64,000 bases of DNA from Eledone cirrhosa (lineage: Eukaryota): NCBI GenBank assembly GCA_964016885.1, contig OZ024756.1:6014001-6078000 (forward strand). The letters are read 5' to 3'. The translations under genes and the position numbers were made by a program. The notes under the pieces were generated by a model. That model did not search any database and was not told where the DNA came from. It was given only the letters and a program-made list of their open reading frames with translations. Shown here one piece after another: positions 15,067 through 30,140 of this stretch (position 1 is the stretch's first letter; the number at the start of each line of letters is the position of its first letter).

Positions 15067-15227
15067 TGTGTCTAAGCTGTAACATATCACGCCTTAAATA
15101 GTTCACATATACATACATATATATACATATATACATATATACATACATATACACACACATATATATATATACGTAAATATATATATATATATATACATAT
15201 ATCTATATATATATATGCATATATATG

Positions 15228-15287
<60 letters not shown>

Positions 15288-15411
15288 GACAGGGGGGAAT
15301 AAAAAATGGCTTCACTTGTGCTTTTAACAAATTTATTTTCTTGAAGTGAAGCCATTTTTTTCTTCCCCCCTGTCTTAATATACCTAACTGTACCAAGGAT
15401 TACACACATTT

Positions 15412-15450
<39 letters not shown>

Positions 15451-15566
15451 TATATGTACATACACACACGTCACGCACACATACTCATATCATAGACGCC
15501 ATCTTGCTTTAAACAAAATAGTAAAGCAATACTCAATACATATATTTAGAGTATATTATTATCTCG

Positions 15567-15752
15567 GTGAATTGGCAGTATCGGTAGAGGGCCGGACGCC
15601 ATGCTTTCCAGCATAATTACTTCCCTTTACGGTCTGAGTTCAAATCCCGTCGAGGCTAACTTTGCCTTTCATCCTTACCGGGTCGATAAAATAAAGTACC
15701 AGTAATGCACTGAGGTAATTGCTGGCCTTGTGCCAAAAATAGAAACAATTAT
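15567..15752 (+). mobile_element. Meta-type SINE
   Basis: Full-length match to the family, flanked by ATTATTATCT repeats. Confidence 0.85.
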
Positions 15753-16667
15753 TATCTAAGCTAAAACCTTTTTCTCACGAGTTCCCAAGGTTATTATTTT
15801 TTCATCTGTACCGAAACGATAAAAGACAATTATGTCTCCGTATGCTGAGATCCAGAACACACCGTGACAATTCGCCCGTATTCTGTTATGTTTTCCTTTT
15901 CTTTTTTTGTGGTTTCGTAGTTAGTATTTCTTTTAATTAAAGACAAGGTAAAAAAAAAAGTCACAGACGTAATATCTAATTGAATCTGGCATTCAGAAGG
16001 ATCCCTAAAAATTTCGTTCCAAATTGCTTATGTTTGAGAAGTAGAGAAACCCAATGTGGTTATAAATATGTCATATCTAATGTATTTGAAATAATACATT
16101 ATACTTATTGTCGTAATATACGAGTAATGTGGCATATTTCAATCAGAATATTCTCCAGTGGAGTCAACGAAAGATTCCTGATTTAACCAGGTAACTAGAG
16201 AGAGTCAGAAGTCAAAGGGAAACTTCAGGTAGGGTCATTTAAAGTGGCTACGAAATTTAGAACCCGCTGTCGTAAAAAAAGGGTAGAACATACCGGACGA
16301 AGGAGCAGTCCCTGTATATTATACCCCATTTTTGTCTAGGCAATAAGAACTCGGACAGATAATTGTAACTAAGACCGAGGTAATGAAGGGAACTGCCGAT
16401 CTCTCGAATTTAAGGACCCTTCACAAAATTCCTTGAGCGTCGAGGAATGATTTTGTTACTAAATCTGAAAACATTACTGGATTTCATAAATCAATTTGTA
16501 TGGAATGTCCTTGACACATTTACAGTGAAGACAGATATGAATACTGTAGAAGGGCCTTCAAAGAGAAAAGACAAATATGTGTCTCATTCAAGTCCATAGG
16601 TTGTGATCGGATAGGAAGTGTACTAATACTAGCTAAAATATCAATCCCATGTAACAGCGATAATAAT

Positions 16668-17102
16668 AATTGTTTCTACTTTTGGCCAGCAATTTTCCCA
16701 GTGCATTACTGGTACTTTATTTTATCGACCCCGTAAGGATGAAAGGCAAAGTTAACCTCGGCGGGATTTGAACTCAGACCATAAAAGAACGTAACTGTAT
16801 GCTGCAAAGCATGGCGTCCGACCCTCTACCGAAACTGCCAATCCACCGCCCTAAACAGCGATAATAATAACAATGGTTTCTACTATAGGCACAAGGCCAG
16901 CAATCTGGGGGCGGAATGGGGGTGGGGGGTCATTCAAATTGACCCCAGTGCACCAATAATAATACTTTATTTAATCGACCCCATAAGAATGAAAGGCAAA
17001 GCTAACCTCGGTGGGGTTCGAACTCAGAACTTAAAGGACCATAATTCTATGCTGCGAACCATGGTGTCCGACGCTCTACCGATACTGAAAATCCACCGCC
17101 CT
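16668..17102 (-). mobile_element. Two tandem Meta-type SINEs (16668-16852, 16872-17102)
   Basis: Family match. AACAGCGATAATAATAA is duplicated around the first copy. Confidence 0.85.
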
Positions 17103-18442
17103 TAATATAATAATAATAATAATAATAATAACAGTAGGAGTAATTTCAAGCATAGATCCAAAGTCACAGAACTTGGAGGAAGGGTTGTAGACAGCCATAT
17201 CTGCCAAATATTTGGCTGGTATTATATTTTGCTTTCTTTTTAATTGGCCTCAACGGGATTTCAGTTTAAAACATAAAGGAACGTAAATATGTAGGGCTAG
17301 TAATTTCCTCAATGGCTCTACCACGCTGCCATTCAACACCACTCTATAAACACATTACACAAGGATTAATTTGCTACCTACACTCTCGTAGACATACCCA
17401 TATACACATATTATATTCTCCATATAAAAGAAACAATACCACAGTTGTTTTTACTGCTTAAGTTTGTTTTTAAGCTAAAACAAAACTAAATTGACAGAGA
17501 ATTCCTATTCTTTTGTCCCTTTAATACCCAGTCTTTAATGCTAAACATGTTTCGTTATGTGGGTAATAAAAAGTATTCTACACTCTTTCGTTGTTCACTT
17601 GGGTGTGTGCCTTGTTAAGTTGTGCTAGTCTGGTGGTTGGTTAATTAGATTCAATGATCGTATGCGGAATAAGAACTCTCCAGATGGTGGAGACGACTTT
17701 AGTCTACTGTCGGAAAATATCTCATATGATGTATATCTGGAGATCAGAAACCAGAGCTGCTTTTCAACACTTCATCTAATTGCTAGTTTGTTTTCCTAGC
17801 GAAAGAAGCGTGAGATATTTTATACTCATAGCCACATGCAAACAAAACCCTTAGACTAACACTCACAAACAAATGCCTAACACTCACAAACATGCAGTAT
17901 ATCATATAAAGTACACACATACTCTATTCCACACACCATCACGCATGTAAGCTCGTATACCACACACACAAAAAAACATACACACACGTAAATTCCTATA
18001 TAAGGAACAGAAATGGTAAGGAAGACGTAGTTTACTACGAAGTGAATAAATAATTCTATTTACTATTTGCAGACGTTCGTTTAGCCTGAAACATTATGTT
18101 AAAAAGCTACTTATAAAATCATATATTTTCCTACATTGACATACTCATACACATATACATCTACATATGTGTGTGTGTGTGTGGTTTTGCGTATACATGC
18201 ACCGATGTTAAATATGTGAATATAAATATATATATATATATATATTATACACATATATACATACATATACATACATATAATATACACATATATATATACG
18301 TACATACATATAATATACACATATATACATACGTCTATATATATAATATACACATATTTCTATATCTGCACACATGCTTGTATATATATATATTATATAT
18401 ATATATATATATAAAAGCAGATATAGAAATAATATATGTATG

Positions 18443-18604
<162 letters not shown>

Positions 18605-18627
18605 CAGATATATAAATAATATATGTA

Positions 18628-18929
<302 letters not shown>

Positions 18930-19111
18930 CAAAGATTAATATGGTTCGCAGATTACTCAACGAATACAGATTTACAATAGTTTAGAACCACTCAACAGTA
19001 GGGTTTTCCTGGAGTTTTTAATATTATTCAAAATGTTAACAATGAAATATATTCGCTACCAATACGGGAATTGAATAATCAAGACCGTAGCGGTATGTCA
19101 TATATCAAATC

Positions 19112-19184
19112 ATATATTTTGTCTGATGAGGACGTACTGAAAAAAACAGAACAGTACTTTTGAAATATATATAATAAAGTATAT
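19112..19184 (+). ncRNA. Type I hammerhead ribozyme
   Basis: Stem I ATATATTTTGT/ATAAAGTATAT, core CTGATGA (19123-19129), stem II GTACT/AGTAC, GAAA TATATA TA. Confidence 0.8.
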
Positions 19185-19224
19185 ATTTTGATTATGCGAA
19201 TATTTTTCATTTGTTAACATTTTG

Positions 19225-19277
<53 letters not shown>

Positions 19278-19591
19278 TATGTGTGTGTGATATGATATGA
19301 TATATGCAGATATAGAAGTGTTCATGCCATTCCATTCATCAAATAGTATAGTATCTAACCTTATTCTAGTCAGGGTTTATATATCTCGAAATATTTATAG
19401 CCATGGACAGAAAAGAATTAGCTCCCTTAGATTTACATAAAAACGGTCAGAAGAAGTCGGACCAATAAACGAAGACAATGTCTAAGAAATGTGTAACTTC
19501 ACTAGTAGAAGATTCTGGTCCCAGTAAGAAGAATCACAGATATATTCTACAACTTAGTTTTGAGTACTGTCTCCCATCTTTAATTTCATTT

Positions 19592-19628
<37 letters not shown>

Positions 19629-19736
19629 ATGTGTGTATGTGTGTGTCCCCGTCTGTGTGTGTGTATGTGTATGTATGTGTGTGTGTGTTTTGTCTATATC
19701 TATCTATCTCTCTCTCTCTCTATATATATATATATA

Positions 19737-19840
19737 GTTGACATCTACAGGATTTCTGTACATGTTTCATTCGTATGAAATCATCAATAGGGTTGGATGA
19801 TTTCATACGAATGAAACAGTTCTAGTTCTGTAGAAATTAT
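19737..19840. mobile_element. Short fold-back of a decayed HHR (family of 20485 and 61615)
   Basis: Inverted TGTTTCATTCGTATGAAATCATC / GATGATTTCATACGAATGAAACA, then GAAACAGTTCTAGTTCTGTAGA. Confidence 0.7.
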
Positions 19841-19862
19841 ACATATATATATATATATATAT

Positions 19863-20178
19863 ATAATGTATAATAAACAATACAATATAATTACCTCATT
19901 ACCAGAGGTTTCCTGAATAAGACGAATACAAGAAACGTCCGCATTCGTTCGTCAAACAAGGCAATTTAAAACAGTGAAATATTTGAAAATCTCCTCAAGA
20001 AAGGGCTGACGAACGAATGCGGACGTTTCTTGTATTCGACTTATTCGGGAAACCTCTGGTAATGAGGTAATTATTATATTGTATTGTCTATTATACATTA
20101 AATTTAGCTCTGTAACTTGCATAGAGCACTCTTCACTCCTATGACTTTTTTCAATTTTCAACGGAAACTTCAATACCT
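19863..20178. mobile_element. Asymmetric fold-back HHR element (6930 family)
   Basis: Minus arm 19863-20000 (core TTGACGA); plus arm from 20006 (CTGACGA) with a tail to 20178. (TA)n on both sides. Confidence 0.85.
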
Positions 20179-20229
20179 ATATATATATATATGATTAACC
20201 CTGATTGAACCCGGGATACACACACAGAC

Positions 20230-20269
<40 letters not shown>

Positions 20270-20484
20270 GTGTGTAAGCATGAGTGTCTGTATATTTAAA
20301 TATATATTTTGGCTCGTGTATATATACACGTAAGGACTCTTGTGGCTATATGTAGTAAATATAGAAATATTATTCTGTATAAAGGCTTGTATGCTTGTGT
20401 GTAGAGCTGAATACGGCAATATGGGGCTGCATGTTTATCTTGTTGTCCAAGATAAACATGCAGCCACATTATTTTTTGTTACCC

Positions 20485-20535
20485 AGATTCCTGATGATTT
20501 CTAATGAATGAAACAGTTCTAGACCTGTAGAATCT
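20485..20535 (+). ncRNA. Type I hammerhead ribozyme
   Basis: AGATTC CTGATGA TTTC-TAAT-GAAT GAAA CAG-TTCTAGAC-CTG TA GAATCT. Downstream sequence to about 20618 is homologous to the reverse complement of 61540-61660. Confidence 0.85.
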
Positions 20536-20617
20536 CATCTATATTAAAACTTTTATACTCTGCTATGTATTGAGTACCTTACTTACTGTGGTTACCTCCG
20601 ATTCAACCCGGAATAAC

Positions 20618-20648
<31 letters not shown>

Positions 20649-20650
<2 letters not shown>

Positions 20651-20829
20651 AAAATGTATGACCCTCGATGGCAGAGCTCAAGCCGTTTCGACGGCTACTT
20701 CTGAACACTCAAGAAACGCCTTGAGCTCTGCCGTCGCGGTCATACATTTACCTATTACACACTCTAATATTCTAAGTATTGAGTACTCTGGTGAGTTATG
20801 GTCCATCTAGTTCCTTACCACAACTCCTT

Positions 20830-20831
<2 letters not shown>
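20649..20831. mobile_element. Fold-back element carrying only the 3' half of an HHR
   Basis: GAAA CGGC-TTGAGCTCT-GCCG TC motif. Family copies at 44826-45045 and 56640-56769, all within (TA)n. Confidence 0.7.
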
Positions 20832-20891
<60 letters not shown>

Positions 20892-20945
20892 ATATGTATA
20901 TATATTTGTATACACTATATGTATATTTATATATATACAAGATGT

Positions 20946-20981
<36 letters not shown>

Positions 20982-21329
20982 TTACGTCCAGAAAAGCATG
21001 CAACTATGTTTTTATCTGTAAACAATAGAGTGTGACCATGTCTATAATCATGTTAGAAGACTTTCATGTTAGTATATCATTGTTAGTATTTCTGTCTGAG
21101 TAACTGTCTCTCTGTCTTTTTTGTCAGAATGTGTATGTATGTATGTATGTATGTATGTATGTATGTATGTATGTATGTATGTATGTATGTATGTATGTAT
21201 GTATGTATGTGTGTGTGTATGTATGTAAGAAGAACACCAAGTGTTTATGTAATTTATATACATCTATATATGATATATATATTATATATATCATATATAT
21301 ATATATATATATGTATTATATATATCATA

Positions 21330-21364
<35 letters not shown>

Positions 21365-21391
21365 TATATATATATATATATATCATATCTA

Positions 21392-21430
<39 letters not shown>

Positions 21431-21463
21431 CATATATATATATATATATATATATATTTCATA

Positions 21464-21552
<89 letters not shown>

Positions 21553-21669
21553 CATATATATATATATATATTATATATATCATATATATATATATATATA
21601 TAATATATATCATATATATATATAGATATTATATATATCATATATATCACATATATATCATATATATAG

Positions 21670-21713
<44 letters not shown>

Positions 21714-21849
21714 TATATATATATATATCATATATATATATATATCATATATATATATATCATATATATATATATATATATCATATATATATATATCATA
21801 TATATATATCATATATATATATCATATATATATATATATATATATCATA

Positions 21850-21912
<63 letters not shown>

Positions 21913-22005
21913 TATATATGTATATATATATATCATATATATATATATATATCATATATATATATATATCATATATATATATATATATCATATATATATA
22001 TATAT

Positions 22006-22036
<31 letters not shown>

Positions 22037-22037
22037 C

Positions 22038-22128
<91 letters not shown>

Positions 22129-22147
22129 TATATATATATATATATCA

Positions 22148-22185
<38 letters not shown>

Positions 22186-22271
22186 CATTTTTATGAGAAA
22201 CAACGTCGTTATTTTACATGTGCGAGTGTGCGAGTATTATTTCGTTTTTGTTAATCTAGTTACGTTCGTGT

Positions 22272-22531
22272 TTAAACATTAACCGGAAGCGATATTTTTT
22301 CCGTGCCTTGACTGAACGTAACACTTTGGTTTGAACGATTCGATTTGGCTGATTTGCTGCTGGTAGGTGTGGCTGAACGATGACATGACGTAGGTTGCGA
22401 CGAGTACGGACTAGCTGACTGGGTGTAAGATTCCCGGGTAAGTGGTGTATATGCTGGTCCGATTACTGGAACACTGGGTTGGATTGGATGATAGCCCTGG
22501 TGCGCATGTGTGAACACTGCAGGTGGATTTG
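22272..22531 (-). CDS. Probable last coding exon of a Shisa/CYYR1-like membrane protein (Pro/Tyr/Ser-rich cytoplasmic tail)
   Basis: Acceptor TTTCTATATTTTGGCAG|CAAAT, phase 1, in frame with the donor at 35913. Reads ANPPAVFTHAHQGYHPIQPSVPVIGPAY..LPVNV*. A GC-richer island in AT-rich surroundings. Confidence 0.75.
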
Positions 22532-22692
22532 CTGCCAAAATATAGAAACATCAAAATAATTCAAGCTGATATGGTATCTACGGCAACGCATGCAGACTTT
22601 GCTTTTTGTCACGGTTAATAGAAGGAATAAGGAAACGGCATTCGCTCTCTATATATATGTAAGTAGGCATATCAACATATATGTATGTGTAC

Positions 22693-22725
<33 letters not shown>

Positions 22726-22778
22726 AAAGTATGTATATGTATAAGTATATGTATATATATATATGTATGTGTACATAT

Positions 22779-22845
<67 letters not shown>

Positions 22846-22914
22846 TATGTATAAGTATATGTATATATATATGTATGTGTATATATGTATGTATACATGC
22901 TTGTAATTATGTAC

Positions 22915-22951
<37 letters not shown>

Positions 22952-22956
<5 letters not shown>

Positions 22957-23133
22957 GTTTCTACTTTTGGCACAAAGCCAGCAATTACCCAGTACAATTT
23001 GGTACTTTATTTTACCGACCTCTGTATGGATGAAAGGCAAAGTTAAGCTCGGCGGGATTGGAACTCAGATCGTAAAGGGACGTAACTATGCTGGAAAGCA
23101 TGTCCGACCCTCTTCCGATACTGCCAATTCACC
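22952..23133 (-). mobile_element. Meta-type SINE inserted in (TA)n
   Basis: Family match. Confidence 0.85.
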
Positions 23134-23134
23134 T

Positions 23135-23165
<31 letters not shown>

Positions 23166-23872
23166 ACATGCTTGTACTTATTTATATGTATATATATATA
23201 TGCATATATATATATATGTGTGTGTGTGTATACATATTTATGTATGTATGCATCATGTACGTATGTGTGTATGTACGTATCTATGTATATATATATGTTT
23301 ATATGTACGTCTGTATATATATTCATGTGTATGTATGTATGTATATGTGTATATACTTATATATACGTGTTCACATGTATGTATGTATGTATGTTCTTCT
23401 AGTTTTATAATTTCACAATTGTTTTCCCAATAGAGAGAGAGTCGGTTTCTAACGTAGACACAAGACTCTCTCATTAGAATTTACACAACATCAACTAGGT
23501 AGATATGTATGCATGTCTAGATATGGATGTTATTGTATGTGTGGATGTGGATGTTTTGAGTTGTATGTGTGCATGTGTATATGCTTTGTATATGTACATG
23601 TGTATATGCAGTTATTAGATGCAGAATGTTGGAATGTTTTACATATTTTTACTGCTCCGTTAATGGATTGTACTTGTAATTTCCTAACTAGTTGTGTTCT
23701 TTCTGTTTCTGTGAAGCCTAGCTCCTCAAGATTATATTGGTATGTATATATATATAAGTATGATTATACGTATGTATGTATGCATGTATATGTGAATGTA
23801 TGTATATGTATGTATATATATGTATGTATGTATATGTATGTATATATATGTATGTATGTATATGTATGTATG

Positions 23873-23903
<31 letters not shown>

Positions 23904-24479
23904 ATGTATATATGTATATGTATATATATATATATGTATGCATATATATGCATGCATGTATCTGTGTATATATGTATATGTATGTATATATATGCAAGCA
24001 TGTATCTGTGTATATATGTATATGTATGTATATATATGTATGTATGTATGTATGTGTATGTATGTATGTATGCATAATATATATATATATATATGTATGT
24101 ATATGTATATATGTATATATATATATATGTATGTATGTATGTATATGTATATATGTATATATATATATATATATACAAGTATGTATGTATGTATGTATAT
24201 GTATGTATGCATTAGCCATACACAATACGAATAACGTCTCGTTACAACGACAGGTTTTTCACGTTGACAAATTGACATAACCGACAATTGGACTATGTTA
24301 ACTGTTAATACATTACACATGTAGGTAATTCTCTAGTTAGCAACCTATCACTTACATTGATCTATGAACACATATGCACAAAACATACACATACTCACTC
24401 ACTCACTCACGCACGCACATACACACACTGACATAGACAACGAGCACCAGAAATAAATGAAACGAATACTAATATAAGG

Positions 24480-25330
24480 GTCCCTAAGAACTATAGAAGG
24501 TCCAGAGATAGGAAATACTTATGGTACAATCCAATATTTAACTCCTCTATAAAAACCAAACTACCTTCCACATTCTTTAAATTAATTGACAAACACTTCC
24601 CTAAACTCCACAAATACCATAAAATCTTTAATAGAAATACTATCAAACTATCTTACTCTACTGCAACCAACATAGAATCACACATACAGAAAATTAACTA
24701 TAAAGGAATCTCTAATGCAAATAACCTACAAACAAACACCATAACACCAAATACAAAACGCAAACACATAACAACATCACACATAACCACACACACGCCA
24801 AAACGCATCACAACAATACATCAACAAACCCAAATCTCAGCCCATACATAACAACATACAAAACTGCATCGTTGAACTGACACACAGGAAAGCCTCAAAA
24901 CGTAACTGTCACTTGCCAGATAAGTGTCCACTACAAAATAGATGCCTGGAATCAAATATAGTGTACCTGTGTACTATAAATTCAGGCAACTTAGCATGGC
25001 ACTACTTAGGTTCTACGGCGGGGGAGTTAAACAAAAAGATGGTACGTCCACAGACACTTTATAAAGAACCGTTGCCCAATGAACACAACAATGCTCGCCA
25101 ATAAAATCTGACAGCTTAAAGAAACAAACCAAGTATAGTGGATTAGCTGGTCGAAACTGTCAGGACCAAAATCCTACAGTAATGGAATGTCCCACTGCGG
25201 ACTTTGCAATATGGAATTGCTCCATATTTTAAAATATGACAAAATGCTGCTTAACAGCAAAATAGAACGGTCAATTTTCTGTAGGCATAAAGCAGCTACT
25301 AAATTCGCTAATTTCAAACCAACTTGATTC
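24480..25330 (+). pseudogene. Decayed PLE linker plus GIY-YIG endonuclease, homologous to 3770-5089
   Basis: Translates LWYNPIFNSSIKT..IDKHFPKLHKYHKIFNRNTIKLSYST, then DKCPLQNRCLESNIVY..HYLGST and CGLCNME, with frameshifts. Confidence 0.88.
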
Positions 25331-25719
25331 GAATTGTACCACCTGAGTCTATTATAATAACCCATTATTGTTATTATTATCTGTCAATAAATTAATTAAT
25401 CAATGAATCAGCATCATAACCTCCTAACTTTTCTCTCTTTCACTCTCCTTCCCTAAAACTATTTCACCTCTTACATTATATCATATCGTGTTCTCTTCAC
25501 TCCTAACATAACTTCAATTTATTAATTTATTAATTTATTAATTTAACCAATGCATATATGTATATAATTAATATTTTTATGTTTATACCCTCACATCTTT
25601 ATATTTTAACCACCACCACCACAATTATTTTCAACAATCATATGTTCTTCGCAGACATGTACATTTTTTTATTTATTTGTTATCATCTTCATTATAACTT
25701 ATAAATTATTATTTATTTA

Positions 25720-25912
25720 AGGCGGAGGATTGACAATATCGGTAGAGGGTCGAACGCCATGCTTTTACGCAAATAGTTATGGCCCTTTCCATTCTGAGTT
25801 CAAATCCCGCCGAGGTTAACTTTGCCTTTCATACTTACGTGGTCGATAAATTAAAGTACCAGTAATTCACTGGGTATTTGCTGGCCTTGTGCCAAAAGGA
25901 GAAACAATTATT
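25720..25912 (+). mobile_element. Meta-type SINE
   Basis: Family match, flanked by AATTATTATTTATT repeats. Confidence 0.85.
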
Positions 25913-26070
25913 TATTTATTATTTTTCTCTTTCTTTATCTTTTTTTCTTTTTTCGTTTTACTTCTTTTTTTCTCTCTCTATCTTTTTCTTTTTTACTTTT
26001 TCTTTCTTTATTACTGATGTTGTGATTTGAATTTCCCTAGTATATTACACACGCCGTGTATAATTTTAAT

Positions 26071-26181
26071 CAGTTCTTCTGATGATTTGGTTAAGTATAC
26101 ATTTGTATTTAAAATTGAGTGACACAACTTCATGTTAGACATTTTTAGACAACTTAATCAATGAAACAATTGTTAATACTG
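26071..26181 (+). ncRNA. Type I hammerhead ribozyme with long stem II, downstream of the PLE remnant
   Basis: Core CTGATGA (26079-26085), stem II TTGGTTAAGT/ACTTAATCAA (10 bp), GAAA (26163-26166), palindromic CAATTG, TT, stem I CAGT..TT/AA.ACTG. Confidence 0.8.
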
Positions 26182-26397
26182 TAAATAAAACCCTTGTTGT
26201 ACTGTTGGCCATGTTTTTCTCCACTCTTTCACTATAATACTCCAAGATTAACTTGCATAGGAATTCCCGAGAACTCACAAACTCGCTACCTAAGGAAACC
26301 TCTTGTTGAATCAAACAACGCCGTACGCTAAACCTATCCACAATACCGAGTATTCACAACCTCTAACTGGATTACCTATAACGATAATTTGTTATCC

Positions 26398-26516
<119 letters not shown>

Positions 26517-26919
26517 CATTAATATATATATATATATAAGCATATACACATATATGTGCGTGTGCGTGAGTGTGTATATATATATATATACATATATAAA
26601 TGTGAGTATTTGTGTTTACAAACGTGGGAAATACCTAGTGTATGTATAATTCAACATAAAGTCGGCAGCTTCTTCAGTCGTAATACTGAGTGCTGTTACG
26701 TTTCTCAGATAAAGAAAAGAACGTGAACATATATTAATTCTCTAATTCAAAGATCGGAATACTCTAAGACAGCGATACATCGGTAATTTATGACTGTGTC
26801 ACACATTACTGTATTCAAGACGATGTTCAGAATACCTAATTGAAAATATATAGGATTCTGTTTCCGAAATTACAAATTTCTCGAAAAGGCAATTGTATTC
26901 CATGTATGACCTTTCACTA

Positions 26920-27299
26920 ATAATTGTTTCTACTTGTGGCACAAGGCCGGCAATTGTCACAGTGCATTACTGGTACTTTATTTTATCGATCTCGTAAGGA
27001 TGAAAGGCAAAATGAACCTCGGCGGGATTTGAACTCAGACCATAAAGAGCCGTAACTCTTTGCTGCAAAGCATGGCGTCCGACCCCTCTACCGATACTGC
27101 CAATCCACCGCCCTTTCACTAATTGTTTCTACTTTAGGCACAAGGCCAGCAAAAAATATCAGTGCATTACTGGTGCTTTATTTTATCGACCCCGTAAGGA
27201 TGAAAGGCAAAGTCAACCTCGGCGGGATTTGAACTCAGATCGTAAAGGGACGTAATTATGCTGGAAAGCATGGCGTGCGACCCTCCACCGATACTGCCA
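26920..27299 (-). mobile_element. Two tandem Meta-type SINEs
   Basis: Family matches at 26920-27113 and 27120-27299. CCTTTCACTAAT is duplicated. Confidence 0.85.
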
Positions 27300-27659
27300 C
27301 TAATAATATCACCAGTTACAAGTGATCCACAGATCTCAATAAAATGTCCCCTTGTATTAACACCGGATCTCATTTTGTTATCAGCGATCTCTATTAAAAA
27401 ATATTGAAATATTCCACAAATATATTTTTAATGGCGTTACTCCAGTTTGGCCTCAGCCTGTTGGCCGTAACATGTAATAGTATAACACAGGGATACATAG
27501 TAGGTAACAGGGTCATTAAATCATTGAATACAAACATTCTAATCCCTCTGAAATCTAACTCCCTACTGCCACAGAAAAGGACAACCTCAGTATTTTGGTT
27601 GTTGGTGCACCATGTCCTAGAATATGACACGGGGTGTCACAGCTAGACGTCCTTTGCAA

Positions 27660-28201
27660 TCCCCTACTTATATAATAGCCTTGTGTATTCGTCCGTCACA
27701 CACTAGAAATGACTAAGGAAGGGGTGATTATGTCAACTGAGGTAGGAGGGGGTGATAACGTTGACTTGCGAAGGAAGGGGTGATAACGTCGACTGAGGAA
27801 GGAAGGGGTGATTATATCGACTGATGTAGGAAGGGGTGACTACGTCGACTGAGAAAGGAAAGGGTGATTACGTGGACTGAGGAAGGAAGGGGTGATTATG
27901 TCGACTGAGGAAGGAAGGGGTGATTACGTTGACTGAGCAAGGAAGGGGTGATTATGTCGACTGAGGAAGGAAGGGATGTCTAATACATGCACATCTATGT
28001 GATGACTGGGGAAGGAGGGTCAGTCAGAAACTATAGAGGTTCGGCGTTCTAAGATTCGTCACAGCTGTGTGTGTATGTGTTTGTATCACTTGTGTGAGTG
28101 GACGGGAAAGAACCAACCAACCAACATACACACATCTCTTTTGTATATCATGTATATATAATACAATTAGCCGTCATTTTTGACGACACTAGGCTAGCTA
28201 G
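27660..28201 (+). mobile_element. Putative non-autonomous Helitron carrying an internal minisatellite
   Basis: A|TC start (TCCCCTACTTATATAATAG), subterminal hairpin CGTCA-TTTT-TGACG, CTAG|T end, no TSD. Confidence 0.55.
27710..27977. repeat. 28-bp minisatellite, about 9 copies
   Basis: Unit GTCGACTGAGGAAGGAAGGGGTGATTAT. Confidence 0.9.
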
Positions 28202-28559
28202 TGAAATGTTGTTGTTGTTGTTCTCCCTCTGGCGATTCTCATGACGGGTGTATTCCAGATGAGACGATCTACGAGACATCCTGATGGTGAAATTAACGTG
28301 CAAAAAGAAACTGACCATTCCAAAGGCACGTGCACCCTGAACTCAGTTCTCAAGTGAATCAACACGACACAGTGTATGGGTACTTTGAATTACAAGTACA
28401 ACTTGTTTTTGCTAGCTGAATAATTAGAAACAATGTTATATAAAGAGCGTTGGTGAAGAGCACAACGCACCACCAGGATGGTTGAAAAAATAACAAACTA
28501 TACGGGGTATGGTAGATCAGGTTATCGTAGCATATGTCTGACTAAGAAATATTATATTA

Positions 28560-29155
28560 GTGGATTGGCAGTATCGGTAGAGGGTCGGATGCCATGCTTT
28601 CCAGCATAGTTACGTCCCTTTACGGTCTGAATTCAAATCCCTCCGAGGTTAAATTTGCCTCCATTCCTTACAGGGTCGATAAACTAAAGTACCAGTAATG
28701 TACTGGATAATTGCTGGCCTTGTGCCAAAAGTAGAAACAATTATATTATTCGTGGATTGGCAGTATCGGTAGAGGGTCGGATGCCATGCTTTGAAGCATA
28801 GTTACCTCCGTATGATCTGAGTTCAAATCCCGCCGAGGTTAACTTTGCCTTTAATCCTTCCGGGGTCGATAGAATAAAGTACCAGTAATGCACTGGGTAA
28901 TTGCTGGCCTTGTGCCAAAAGTAGAAACAATTATATTATTCGTGGATTGCCAGTATCGGTAGAGAATTGGACACCATGCTCTCCAGCATAGAGTTACGGC
29001 CCTTTACGGTCTCAGTTCAAATCCCGCCGAGATTAACTTTGCCTTTCATACTTACCGTTCGATAAGATGAAGCACCAGTAACGTACTGAGGTCGACTTAA
29101 TACCCCCCTCCCCCCAAAAGAAAATGACCTGCCTTCTCCCTATACTAGAAATCAT
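28560..29155 (+). mobile_element. Three head-to-tail Meta-type SINEs
   Basis: Copies start at about 28560, 28752 and 28942, each separated by ATTATATTATTC. Confidence 0.88.
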
Positions 29156-29482
29156 TATATTATTCGTTAGAAAACTGTAATACTAAACAAAGAAAACAAT
29201 ATATTCCGACCAATGCCATATGCTCACGTTATTTTTCGTGAACTTTAAGACAAACATTGTGACATATCACGAGTAGGAAATAATTGATGACACAAAACAT
29301 GTGATCAGCTAAAATATATTGTAAGAGATTCAACCGTTTGACATCAATTCTCTTCACATCACTGGCCATAAAGATGCCGCCTGAAAGCTTTAGCTATAAA
29401 TATAATTTTGCTTATATATGACACACACATATCAGACATTACACACACATATCAGACATTTTGTGTCTGTATAACAAAACAA

Positions 29483-29532
<50 letters not shown>

Positions 29533-29620
29533 TCTCTCTCTCTCTCAATCGTTCTCTCTAGCCCCCTCTCTCTGATCTCTTAACTTATTACTCTTGTTAA
29601 TATACGTATGTGTGTGTGTG

Positions 29621-29662
<42 letters not shown>

Positions 29663-29864
29663 GTGTGGGATGCTTAAAGCCTCCGTTAGCGGTAGGCCTT
29701 TTGAGCACTCGACGCTCTTACAGAGCAGAGTATGATATCACATGAATTTTATTCGTCGCAACACTGATTCTCCGTTTCTTATGTGATATATATACATATA
29801 CACATACATGCACGTACACATATGTGTGAGGGTTTGTGTGTATAGGAATATTTATATATTTATA

Positions 29865-29931
<67 letters not shown>

Positions 29932-30018
29932 GTGTGTGTAAGATTCACTTTGGCAATAAAAATCAATCAATCATGTATATTTCATTATTCACAAAGTTGA
30001 CCTTTCCGAAATACGTAC

Positions 30019-30140
<122 letters not shown>

